A DNA stretch of 32,000 bases, from NCBI GenBank assembly GCA_000331975.1, contig CP003263.1:210001-242000 (forward strand). The letters are read 5' to 3'. Position 1 is the first letter of the stretch. Each line of letters starts with the position of its first letter. Positions 9,420 to 18,647 of the stretch are shown here, piece after piece. Source of the DNA: Candidatus Uzinura diaspidicola str. ASNER (GTDB taxonomy: Bacteria > Bacteroidota > Bacteroidia > Flavobacteriales > Blattabacteriaceae). A program made the position numbers and the translations under genes. The notes under the pieces are model-generated. The model saw only the letters and a program-made list of their open reading frames with translations, was not told the origin of the DNA and did not search any database.

Positions 9420-10574
9420 ATGTACCTATTCGAAGTTTACCCAACTTTCTCTCTTAATTTAGAAAGAGGATATAGTACGTTTCTTTTTGACAAAAAAGGA
9501 AATTCCTACCTTGATTTTTATGGAGGACATGCTGTAATTTCTATCGGACATAGTCATCCCGGATGGATTAATACATTAAAAAAGCAGCTTTCGAAGATTG
9601 GGTTTTATTCAAACGTTATTGAAAGTACAAAACAAAAGGTTCTTTCAGAACAATTAGGATATTTTTCAGGATATGAAGATTATCAACTTTTTTTATGTAA
9701 TTCAGGAGCTGAGGCTATTGAAAATGCTTTAAAAATAGCCTCTTTTCATAAAGAAAAAAAAAAAGTAGTAGCCTTTAAAGGCTCTTTTCATGGTAGAACC
9801 AGTGCTGCTCTATCTATTACAGATAATACTAAAATTATTACACGTATCAATGATACGCATTCTCGTATATTTTTAGAACATGGAGATGAATTATCTCTAA
9901 TATCAGAACTTGAAGCAGGAGAGGTCTGTGCAGTGATTTCAGAAGGAATTCAAGGAGTTGCTGGAATTGTATCTCCTGGAGTAGATTTCCTTAAAAAACT
10001 AGCAAAAAATTGTAATCGATATAAGGTTCCTCTTATTCTTGATGAAATACAAAGTGGCTATGGGAGAAGTGGTTATTTTTTCGCTCATCAAGCAGCTAGT
10101 ATTCGCCCAGATTTGATTACTATAGCTAAAGGGATGGGCAATGGTTTTCCAATAGCAGGAGTTCTTATTTCTCCACAATTTAAGGCTTTTTATGGTATGT
10201 TAGGAACAACTTTCGGTGGAAATTATCTATCCTGTGTAGCGGCATTGGCTGTCTTGGAAGTGATTAAAAAAGAAGAAATCATCGAAAATGTTAGGTCGAT
10301 AGGGTTTATAGCAATAGAATACTTAAAAAAAATGCCTCAGATTAAAAATATTAGTGGCTGTGGTTTAATACTAGGTATTCATTTTGAATTTCCTGTATTC
10401 TCTCTTAAAGAGTCTCTTCTTTATAATGAGAACGTATTTGTAGGCACTGCAAATAATGCATTAATATTACGTTTACTTCCTCCTTTAAATATTTCTATAA
10501 AGGAAATACAATTTTTTATTGACAAATTACAAAATGCACTAGCGAACATTGAAAATGATTTATTATCAACATAA
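9420..10574 (+). CDS. argD: Acetyl/succinyl-ornithine aminotransferase (class III PLP aminotransferase)
   Basis: Motifs GGHAVISIGHSHP, CNSGAEAIENALK, LILDEIQSGYGRSG, and the PLP-lysine context ITIAKGMGNGFP. The ORF opens at TTG 9405, which would overlap argC by 11 nt. ATG 9420, 4 nt after the argC stop, is preferred; the start is uncertain by 15 nt. Confidence 0.86.
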   Translation: MYLFEVYPTFSLNLERGYSTFLFDKKGNSYLDFYGGHAVISIGHSHPGWINTLKKQLSKIGFYSNVIESTKQKVLSEQLGYFSGYEDYQLFLCNSGAEAIENALKIASFHKEKKKVVAFKGSFHGRTSAALSITDNTKIITRINDTHSRIFLEHGDELSLISELEAGEVCAVISEGIQGVAGIVSPGVDFLKKLAKNCNRYKVPLILDEIQSGYGRSGYFFAHQAASIRPDLITIAKGMGNGFPIAGVLISPQFKAFYGMLGTTFGGNYLSCVAALAVLEVIKKEEIIENVRSIGFIAIEYLKKMPQIKNISGCGLILGIHFEFPVFSLKESLLYNENVFVGTANNALILRLLPPLNISIKEIQFFIDKLQNALANIENDLLST

Positions 10575-11634
10575 AGCTATTATAGCTCTTCAAGACGGAA
10601 CACAATACAAAGGTTATCATTTTGGTGCAACTATTTCTACCTCTGGAGAAATAGTATTTAACACTGCAATGACTGGCTATACTGAAAGTATTACAGATCC
10701 CTCTTATAAAGGACAGTTATTAGTATATACCTTTCCATTAATAGGAAACTACGGTATTCCAGAAGAGGACATATTTATGGAAGCTTTTTATGAATCAGAA
10801 AGTATCCACATAAATGGTCTTATCGTATCAGATTATTCTCATGACCCCAATCATTGGAGGATGGCATACAATCTTTCGTATTGGTTAAAAATAAATAATA
10901 TTCCAGGTATTTCTGGAATAGACACAAGGGCACTAACAAAAAAGTTGCGTAAAAAAGGATCTATGTTAGGTAAAATTATTTTTTATCAAGATATTCCATT
11001 TTATAATTACAATAAAGAAAATCTAGCATCTCAGGTCTGTATAAAGAAAAAAACCGTTTATGGTAATGGAAAATACAGGATATTACTTGTAGATTTTGGA
11101 GTTAAAAATAATATTTTATTATCGTTAATAAAAAGAGATTGTACTGTTGTTAGAGTCCCTTGGGATTACGATTTTCGTTTATCTCATTACGATGGGCTTT
11201 TCCTTTCAAATGGTCCAGGAAATCCAAAAATTTATCAAAAACCTATTAATTATTTGCGTTATGTTCTAAACAAAGAAGCACCAATTTTTGGTATTTGTTT
11301 AGGAAATCAGTTATTGGGTTTGGCGGCAGGAGGAAATACCTATAAATTAACTTTTGGACATAGAAGTCACAATCAACCAGTTAAAATAGAAGGAAGTGTG
11401 CATGCTTTTATAACATCACAAAATCATGGTTATGTTATTGAGGAAAAAAGCTTGCCAAGAGGGTGGAAGGTTTTATTTAGAAATCTTAATGATAATTCTT
11501 GTGAAGGCTTGATACATGAATACAAGCCTTTTTTCTCAGTTCAATTTCATCCAGAAGGTGCTGGAGGCCCTCTAGATACGGAGTTCTTATTAGATTGGTT
11601 TATTCAACGTATTCATAAATATAAAAAATATTGA
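10555..11634 (+). CDS. carA: Carbamoyl-phosphate synthase small (glutaminase) subunit
   Basis: VFNTAMTGYTESITDPSYKGQ, plus the amidotransferase triad context GICLGNQLL and VQFHPE. ATG 10555 was chosen over the ORF-track TTG 10549. It overlaps the argD 3' end by 20 nt. TGA stop at 11632-11634. Confidence 0.92.
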   Translation: MIYYQHKAIIALQDGTQYKGYHFGATISTSGEIVFNTAMTGYTESITDPSYKGQLLVYTFPLIGNYGIPEEDIFMEAFYESESIHINGLIVSDYSHDPNHWRMAYNLSYWLKINNIPGISGIDTRALTKKLRKKGSMLGKIIFYQDIPFYNYNKENLASQVCIKKKTVYGNGKYRILLVDFGVKNNILLSLIKRDCTVVRVPWDYDFRLSHYDGLFLSNGPGNPKIYQKPINYLRYVLNKEAPIFGICLGNQLLGLAAGGNTYKLTFGHRSHNQPVKIEGSVHAFITSQNHGYVIEEKSLPRGWKVLFRNLNDNSCEGLIHEYKPFFSVQFHPEGAGGPLDTEFLLDWFIQRIHKYKKY

Positions 11635-14600
11635 AAAAAATTCTTATTATTGGATCAGGATCTTTGAAAATAGGAGAGGCTGGTGAATTTGATTACTCTG
11701 GCACACAAGCACTTAAAGCAATTAAAGAAGAAGGTTTAGAGTCAGTTCTAATAAATCCTAATATTGCTACTGTTCAAACCTCTGATTCAATAGCAGACAA
11801 AATTTATTTTTTGCCAATTACCCAAGAATTTGTAGAAAAAGTTATTGAAAAAGAAAAACCTCAAGGAATCTTATTAAGCTTTGGGGGACAAACTGCTTTA
11901 AATTGTGGTATTCAGCTCTTTGAGAGAGATATACTGAAACAACATTCGCTAAAAGTTCTAGGCACAAATATTGAAGATATTATTTCTAGCGAAGATAGGG
12001 ATAGATTTGTTACTAAACTTAATTGTCTGCATATAAATACTGCTCGAAACAAATCTATAAGATCGCGTAAGGAAGCTATAAAAGGTGTAAAAGAAATAGG
12101 GTTTCCATTAATAATTAGAGTAGCCTATGCTTTAGGTGGATTAGGAAGCGGCTTTGCTAATAATGGTAAAGAGTTAGATTTATTAGTGGATAAAGCTTTA
12201 GTGCATGCTTCACAAATCCTTTTGGAAGAATCTTTAAAGGGGTGGAAAGAGATAGAATATGAGGTAGTAAGGGATAAACATGGTAATTGTATTACCATTT
12301 GTAATATGGAAAATATAGATCCTATTGGTATTCATACGGGAGAAAGCATTGTAGTTGCTCCTTCACAAACGCTTACAGATAAAGAATCTCAAAAACTTAG
12401 AATGTTTTCTATTCAGATTGCCCATGCTTTTAATATTATAGGAGAATGTAATGTACAGTTTGCTTTATCACCTATTTCAGAAGATTATCGTGTAATTGAG
12501 ATCAACGCACGTCTTTCTCGCTCAAGTGCACTAGCTTCAAAAGCAACAGGATATCCTTTAGCTTTTATAGCAGCTAAACTAGCATTAGGTTATGGCTTAC
12601 ATGAACTTAAAAATGCAGTCACTCATCATACCTCGTCTTTTTTTGAGCCAACACTAGATTATATCGTATGCAAGTTTCCACGATGGGACTTTAAAAAGTT
12701 TTGGAGAGTATCTAATAAAATAGGAAGCAGTATGAAAAGTGTAGGAGAAGTTATGGCAATTGGGGGTACTTTTGAAGAAGCTTTTCAAAAGGGATTACGC
12801 ATGCTAGACAATGGTTTAGAAGGTTTTATAAATACACCAAAATATGATAAAACCACCTTGGAAAAGCTAAAGACTCCTACTGATAGTAGAATAGAAGCCA
12901 TTGAAGAAGCCTTTAATAAAGGTTGTTCTATTGAACAACTATACAATATTACCTATATAGATCCTTGGTATCTTTATAGATTACGTAATCTTCATTATAC
13001 AAAAGAAGTATTGTATAGTTATAAAGATAAGAAATCTCTTCCTGAAGAATGGCTATATATAGCGAAAAAACAAGGATTTTCCGATAGACAAATAGCAATG
13101 CTCTTACAATATAATCTTGAAAAAGGTTCCATTAGAATAAGAAAGATAAGAAAAATCTTAGGTATTTTACCATATACACGACAGATTGATACAATGTCGG
13201 CAGAATTTCCTGCAAAAACCAACTATTTATATATGAGTTACCACGCTACACAACAAGATGTAGCGTATGAAAAAAATTATAAGGAATCTGTAGTTATTTT
13301 AGGATCTGGTGTATATCGTATCGGTTCTAGCGTAGAATTTGACTGGTGTTGTGTTAATGCTGTAAAAGCATTAAATAATAATAATTATCGTTCTATAATT
13401 ATAAATTGTAATCCTGAGACTGTAAGTACAGATTTTGATGTATGTAGTAGGTTGTATTTTGAGGAACTTAGCTTTGAACGTGTTGTAGATATTATTGAGC
13501 TGGAATGTCCAATTGGTACTGTTGTTTCTATGGGAGGACAGGGCCCTAACAATCTAGCTTTGAAATTGTTTCATACAGGAAAAAAATTATTAGGGCCTTC
13601 TTCTTTATCTATAGATGGTGTAGAAGATCGTTATAAATTTTCTGAGGCTTTAGATCTTTTAGGAATCCAACAGCCTCTTTGGAGAGAACTAGCAAACCTA
13701 CAAAGCATTCTTCATTTTGTAAATGAAGTAGGTTTTCCTGTTCTGATTAGACCTTCATATGTTTTATCAGGTGCTGCAATGCATGTAGTTTTCAACGTTC
13801 AAGAACTTGAGTCCTATCTTAAAGAAGCTGTCTATCTTTCTCCAAAGCATCCAGTAGTTGTAAGTAAATTTTTAGAAAATTATAAGGAAATTGAATTAGA
13901 TGCTATTGCAGATAAAGGGAGTATTTTATATCATTCCATTACAGAACATGTAGAATTTGCAGGTGTTCATTCAGGAGATGCTACCTTAATATATCCTACT
14001 AAAAATATAGACCTTTCTACTCTTAAAGAAGCAGAACAAATTGCCCAAAAAATTGCAGAATACTTTTATATTTCAGGTCCTTTTAATATTCAATTTCTTT
14101 TAAAAGGGAATCTACTTTCAGTAATTGAATGCAATCTAAGAGCATCAAGATCTTTTCCTTTTGTTTCAAAAGTATCAGGATTTAATATGATCAGATTTTC
14201 TACAGAACTTTTAATAGGAAAGCTTTCTAGTTCTAGAAAGCTTACTAAAAAACTTTTACCATATTTTTTATATTTTAACCATGTTGGTATTAAGGCAGCT
14301 CAATTTTCTTTTTCTCGTTTACATGGAGCTGATCCTGTTTTAGGCGTAGATATGGCTTCTATAGGTGAAGTAGGTAGTTTAGGAAGAAACTTAGATGAGG
14401 CTCTTATCAAGGCCATGATAGCGGTAGGGTATCGTATACCAATGAAAAATATTTTGATATCTGGAGATTTTGTTTATGTTCATTATTATTTACGAGAAAT
14501 TTGTAAATTATTGATATATAATGGGTATACGATTTTTTCTACTGAAAGAATTCGTCCGTTCTTTCTTCACTATAATTTACCTTCTAATTTCTTCAATTTT

Positions 14601-14849
14601 TCTTCTGAAACTCAAATGTTCTTTAAAAAGTTAGATTTAATTATCAATATACCTAAAAAAATAATTAAAAATGAGTTAGATAACGATTACATTATACGTC
14701 GTGCATCTGTAGATTTTAATATTCCTTTATTTACCAATGCCCGTTTGGCACAAACTTTTATAAACGCTTTTTGCAATGATGAACTCCAAATAAAAGATTG
14801 GAAAAGTTATTTTTTCAATGAAACAATTTTTAAGTTTTTCTGGCATTGA
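11631..14849 (+). CDS. carB: Carbamoyl-phosphate synthase large subunit
   Basis: 1072 aa with two ATP-grasp halves (IGEAGEFDYSGTQA and IGSSVEFDWCCV; IEINARLSRSSALASKATGYPLA). The only available start is TTG 11631, which overlaps the carA stop (TTGA). Confidence 0.95.
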   Translation: MKKILIIGSGSLKIGEAGEFDYSGTQALKAIKEEGLESVLINPNIATVQTSDSIADKIYFLPITQEFVEKVIEKEKPQGILLSFGGQTALNCGIQLFERDILKQHSLKVLGTNIEDIISSEDRDRFVTKLNCLHINTARNKSIRSRKEAIKGVKEIGFPLIIRVAYALGGLGSGFANNGKELDLLVDKALVHASQILLEESLKGWKEIEYEVVRDKHGNCITICNMENIDPIGIHTGESIVVAPSQTLTDKESQKLRMFSIQIAHAFNIIGECNVQFALSPISEDYRVIEINARLSRSSALASKATGYPLAFIAAKLALGYGLHELKNAVTHHTSSFFEPTLDYIVCKFPRWDFKKFWRVSNKIGSSMKSVGEVMAIGGTFEEAFQKGLRMLDNGLEGFINTPKYDKTTLEKLKTPTDSRIEAIEEAFNKGCSIEQLYNITYIDPWYLYRLRNLHYTKEVLYSYKDKKSLPEEWLYIAKKQGFSDRQIAMLLQYNLEKGSIRIRKIRKILGILPYTRQIDTMSAEFPAKTNYLYMSYHATQQDVAYEKNYKESVVILGSGVYRIGSSVEFDWCCVNAVKALNNNNYRSIIINCNPETVSTDFDVCSRLYFEELSFERVVDIIELECPIGTVVSMGGQGPNNLALKLFHTGKKLLGPSSLSIDGVEDRYKFSEALDLLGIQQPLWRELANLQSILHFVNEVGFPVLIRPSYVLSGAAMHVVFNVQELESYLKEAVYLSPKHPVVVSKFLENYKEIELDAIADKGSILYHSITEHVEFAGVHSGDATLIYPTKNIDLSTLKEAEQIAQKIAEYFYISGPFNIQFLLKGNLLSVIECNLRASRSFPFVSKVSGFNMIRFSTELLIGKLSSSRKLTKKLLPYFLYFNHVGIKAAQFSFSRLHGADPVLGVDMASIGEVGSLGRNLDEALIKAMIAVGYRIPMKNILISGDFVYVHYYLREICKLLIYNGYTIFSTERIRPFFLHYNLPSNFFNFSSETQMFFKKLDLIINIPKKIIKNELDNDYIIRRASVDFNIPLFTNARLAQTFINAFCNDELQIKDWKSYFFNETIFKFFWH

Positions 14850-15753
14850 TGTAATTTCGTTAGTAAAAGAAGCCTTATTTCTTAAAAAGAACCCTTTCCT
14901 ATTTAAACATATAGGAAAAAATAAAACAATTGGTTTTGTATTTTTTAATGCAAGCTTACGCACTCGTTTAAGTAGTCAAAAAGCAGCTTTATATTTAGGA
15001 TGTGAAACTTGGATACTTAATATAGATAAAGATTCTTGGAAAATAGAAATGAGCGATGGAGGAGTTATGAAAAAAACTCAAGAACATATTAAAGAAGCTA
15101 TAGGAGTGATGAGTTTATATTGTGATATATTGGCAGTTAGAATTTTTCCTAATTTAAAAGACAAAAGATATGATTTTCATGAATCTTTATTGAAAAAAAT
15201 ACAATATTACTCTAGTGTTCCGGTAGTAAGTTTAGAGAGCGCTACTTTGCATCCTTTGCAATCATTAGCAGATGCTATGACTATAGAAGAATTTAAGCCT
15301 AAAAAAGAGCGGGTGAAAGTTGTTCTTAGTTGGGCTCCCCATCCTATATCTTTACCACAGTCAGTACCTAATTCTTTTGCTCAATGTATATCTAAATTAG
15401 GGTATACAGATTTAGTAATAACTCATCCTAAAGGATACGAACTTGATGATAATTTTATTAATGGAGCACATATTTTTTATAACCAGAACGAAGCTCTTAA
15501 AGGGGCGGATTTTATTTACGCAAAGAATTGGAGTAGCTTTAAGAATTACGGAGAAATATTCTCAATGGACCCTAAATGGACGATTGCTACAGAAAAAATT
15601 AGCAATCATCCAAAATTTATGCATTGCTTACCAGTACGAAGAAATTTAATTGTTGAAGATGCAGTTTTGGATGCTTCATTAGTATATCATGAAGCTGAAA
15701 ATCGTATTTTTTCTAACCAAGCTGTATTTAAGACTCTTTTAAAGAATCTCTAA
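14818..15753 (+). CDS. argF': N-succinyl/N-acetyl-L-ornithine carbamoyltransferase (argF'-type, not canonical OTCase)
   Basis: 311 aa. Carbamoyl-phosphate motif SLRTR, HPLQS, HCLPVRRN. FIYAKNWSS occupies the place of the OTCase DxxxSMG ornithine loop. The whole length aligns by eye with the Bacteroides fragilis SOTCase as I remember it (MKKF...FMHCLPVRRN). ATG 14818 overlaps carB by 32 nt. Confidence 0.85.
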   Translation: MKQFLSFSGIDVISLVKEALFLKKNPFLFKHIGKNKTIGFVFFNASLRTRLSSQKAALYLGCETWILNIDKDSWKIEMSDGGVMKKTQEHIKEAIGVMSLYCDILAVRIFPNLKDKRYDFHESLLKKIQYYSSVPVVSLESATLHPLQSLADAMTIEEFKPKKERVKVVLSWAPHPISLPQSVPNSFAQCISKLGYTDLVITHPKGYELDDNFINGAHIFYNQNEALKGADFIYAKNWSSFKNYGEIFSMDPKWTIATEKISNHPKFMHCLPVRRNLIVEDAVLDASLVYHEAENRIFSNQAVFKTLLKNL

Positions 15754-16520
15754 TGTTACATGTGGTGAAAATAGGAGGAAAACTTATAGAAGATGAGTTT
15801 TTATTAGATACCTTCCTTAAAAATTTTCATAAATTACGTGGGTCTAAAATACTAATTCATGGAGGAGGAAAATATGCAAGCATACTCTCAAAAAGGTTAG
15901 GGTTATATCCAAAAATAGTAAAAGGTCGTCGTATTACTAATATGAAAACCCTTGAAGTATTAATAATGAGCTATGCTGGTTTGCTTAATAAGGCTCTTGT
16001 GGCTAGTTTAGAAAAACTTGGTACTTCTACTTTAGGACTTTCAGGAGCTGATGGAAACTTAATCCAGTCTATTCGTCGTTATGTAAAATCTATTGATTAT
16101 GGTCATGTAGGTGATTTTAATAAAGAAAGCGTTAATATTAAGGATTTGTATTCACTAATACAATTAAATTATGTTCCAGTTTTTTGTGCAATTACACATG
16201 ACGCTAAAGGGCATTTACTTAATACAAATGCAGATACAATAGCCTCTTATATTGCTATTTCCATGAAAGAGATAGAAGAAATCTGCTTGCATTATTGCTT
16301 TGAAAAAAGAGGTATACTAAGAAATTTGGAGGATGCAAATTCTTACTATACAAAAATAAATTTTGATAATTTTTACAAATTTAGAATCTTTTATCAAGGG
16401 ATGATCCCTAAACTTGAAAATGCTTTTTATGCATTAAAAAAAGGTGTGAGAAAAGTGAATATCCTCCATCCTTCATCCTTATTTTGTAGGAGGAAGGATA
16501 AAACTCTATTATATTTATAG
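15753..16520 (+). CDS. argB: Acetyl(succinyl)glutamate kinase
   Basis: 255 aa with amino-acid-kinase motifs VVKIGGKLIED, ILIHGGGK, NTNADT. The ATG shares its A with the argF' stop (TAATG). TAG stop at 16518-16520. Confidence 0.88.
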   Translation: MLHVVKIGGKLIEDEFLLDTFLKNFHKLRGSKILIHGGGKYASILSKRLGLYPKIVKGRRITNMKTLEVLIMSYAGLLNKALVASLEKLGTSTLGLSGADGNLIQSIRRYVKSIDYGHVGDFNKESVNIKDLYSLIQLNYVPVFCAITHDAKGHLLNTNADTIASYIAISMKEIEEICLHYCFEKRGILRNLEDANSYYTKINFDNFYKFRIFYQGMIPKLENAFYALKKGVRKVNILHPSSLFCRRKDKTLLYL

Positions 16521-16530
16521 ATAGCATTAT

Positions 16531-16854
16531 ATGTATACTATGAAAGTAATGGATGACGATTTTAAAGCTATCGTACTAGATTCCGATCTACCTGTTTTAG
16601 TAGATTTTTGGGCCCCTTGGTGTAATCCTTGTAAAACACTATCGCATATTATAGATGATATTTCAAATAAATATGATGGAAAATTAAGAATAGTGAAACT
16701 AAATGTAGATGATAATTATGACACTTCTTATGAATATAGAATAAGAAATGTCCCTACTTTGATTTTATTTAGAAAAGGGAAAAAAATAGCAAAAAGAGTA
16801 GGAATAGCATCTAAATCTGATTTAATCAATTGGATCGAAGAGAAATTACCTTAA
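16531..16854 (+). CDS. trxA: Thioredoxin with variant active site WCNPC
   Basis: 107 aa, thioredoxin length and fold pattern (VLVDFWAPWCNPCK, NVPTLILFRKG). The active-site codons tgt aat cct tgt lie at 16621-16632. Confidence 0.88.
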   Translation: MYTMKVMDDDFKAIVLDSDLPVLVDFWAPWCNPCKTLSHIIDDISNKYDGKLRIVKLNVDDNYDTSYEYRIRNVPTLILFRKGKKIAKRVGIASKSDLINWIEEKLP

Positions 16855-16861
16855 TAGAACG

Positions 16862-16934
16862 AAGATAAATTGGTCTGGTAGTTCAGTGGTTAGAATATAT
16901 GTCTGTCAAGCATAATGTCGCGAGTTCGAGTCTC
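16862..16934 (+). tRNA. tRNA-Asp (GTC)
   Basis: A 73-nt cloverleaf folded by hand: acceptor GGTCTGG/CCAGACC, D arm GTTC/GAAT, anticodon stem TATGT/GCATA, loop CTGTCAA (anticodon GTC), T arm GCGAG-TTCGAGT-CTCGT, discriminator G. No encoded CCA. Confidence 0.93.
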
Positions 16935-16973
16935 GTCCAGACCGCTAAGAGCGGAGTCTGGGAAGTATTAAAC

Positions 16974-18647
16974 ATGAAACATGCTAATCTTTTTAGTAAA
17001 AAGATTACCCAAGATGAAAGTCTCCCTGCTGCTCAAGCCATGCTTTATGGCACCGGCTTAAAAGAAGATGATTTTCATAAGGCCCAAGTAGGAATTGTTA
17101 GTAATTGGTTAGAAGGCAACCCTTGTAATATGCATTTAAGAGCCTTGGGTGATCGTATAAAAAAATCAGTAAAAAAGCAAGATTTTGTAGCTTTTCAATT
17201 TTCTACTATTAGTGTGAGCGATGGAATCGCTATGGGGACTAACGGAATGAGGTATTCTCTCCCATCAAGAGAACTTATAGCTGATAGCATAGAATCAGTA
17301 GTTAATGCACAGCATTACGACGCTGTTGTAGCTATTCCTGGGTGCGACAAGAATATGCCTGGCGTTTTAATGGCTCTACTAAGAATCAACAGGCCTTCTA
17401 TTATTGTGTATGGAGGAAGTATTGCTTCAGGAAGTTTTCTAGGTAATAAGCTAGATATAGTCTCTGCTTTTGAAGCTTTAGGAAAAAGAAATATGAAAAA
17501 GATTTCTAATCAGGATTATAAGGAAATTATACAACGTTCTTGTTATGGAGCTGGCTCATGTGGTGGGATGTATACAGCTAATACAATGGCCTGTTCGCTA
17601 GAAGCCATGGGAATGACTTTGCCTTATTCATCCTCTTCTATTGCCGTAGGTTCTGATAAGGAAAGAGAATGCGATAAAGTAGGGTCAGCTATAGAGAAAA
17701 TCTTATATAACAATATAGTTCCCAAACAAATTGTCACTAAATCAGCATTAATAAACGCTATTACGTTAGCTATTGCTCTCGGAGGTTCTACTAATTTGAT
17801 TTTGCATCTTTTAGCTATAGCTCAAACTGCTTTCATTGATCTTACTATAGAAGACTTTCAACCTATTAATAATAAGGTGCCCTATATTGGAAATATTAAA
17901 CCTAGCGGTAATTTTTTGATGGAGGATGTTCATGCTATTGGAGGAATTCCTTCGATCATGAAGTATTTACTAAATGAAGGACTTTTAAATGGAGATTGTA
18001 TGAGTGTAACTGGTAATACCATTGGTAAAAATCTTGAAAACGTAGAACCTATTTCATTTTATCAAAAAGTAATTTATCCTTTGCATCATCCTATTAAAAA
18101 GTGTGGAAATTTTCTTATTCTCTATGGTAATCTCTCATCAAAAGGATCAGTAGCTAAGATTACTGGAAAAGAAGGCCTAAGTTTTTCAGGAGAGGCTAGT
18201 GTATTTGATTCAGAAGAAGAAGTTAATAGAGCTATTTTAGCGAATAAGATTAAGAACGGAAAAGTTATAGTAATAAGATATGTAGGGCCAAAAGGGGGGC
18301 CTGGAATGCCAGAGATGCTGAAACCAACAGCTTATATCATTGGGGCAGGTTTGAGGGTGGCTTTAATTACAGATGGTCGTTTTTCTGGTGGATCTCATGG
18401 ATTCGTTGTTGGACATATAACTCCAGAAGCACAAGAAGGAGGAGAAATTGCGTTAGTAAAAGATGGGGATGTCATAACAATAGATACCAAAAGAAATACT
18501 ATTACTCTAGAAATTGATGAGGGGGAACTTTGTGATCGTAGAAAAAAATGGAAATTTCCTAATTTAAAAGTATCATCAGGTTATCTATACAAATATGCTA
18601 AAATAGTTTCCTCAGCATCTTATGGATGTGTTACAGATAAAATTTAA
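16974..18647 (+). CDS. ilvD: Dihydroxy-acid dehydratase
   Basis: Motifs CDKNMPG, SCGGMYTANTM, ITDGRFSGGSHG. The start is moved to ATG 16974 (MKHANLFSKKITQDE) because the ORF-track extension at 16899-16973 reads through tRNA-Asp. Confidence 0.93.
   Translation: MKHANLFSKKITQDESLPAAQAMLYGTGLKEDDFHKAQVGIVSNWLEGNPCNMHLRALGDRIKKSVKKQDFVAFQFSTISVSDGIAMGTNGMRYSLPSRELIADSIESVVNAQHYDAVVAIPGCDKNMPGVLMALLRINRPSIIVYGGSIASGSFLGNKLDIVSAFEALGKRNMKKISNQDYKEIIQRSCYGAGSCGGMYTANTMACSLEAMGMTLPYSSSSIAVGSDKERECDKVGSAIEKILYNNIVPKQIVTKSALINAITLAIALGGSTNLILHLLAIAQTAFIDLTIEDFQPINNKVPYIGNIKPSGNFLMEDVHAIGGIPSIMKYLLNEGLLNGDCMSVTGNTIGKNLENVEPISFYQKVIYPLHHPIKKCGNFLILYGNLSSKGSVAKITGKEGLSFSGEASVFDSEEEVNRAILANKIKNGKVIVIRYVGPKGGPGMPEMLKPTAYIIGAGLRVALITDGRFSGGSHGFVVGHITPEAQEGGEIALVKDGDVITIDTKRNTITLEIDEGELCDRRKKWKFPNLKVSSGYLYKYAKIVSSASYGCVTDKI

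Noticed and set aside
16899-16973. 5' extension of the ilvD ORF (MSVKHNVASSSLVQTAKSG...).
   Set aside because: It reads straight through the 3' half of tRNA-Asp (16862-16934). The conserved ilvD N-terminus begins at ATG 16974.
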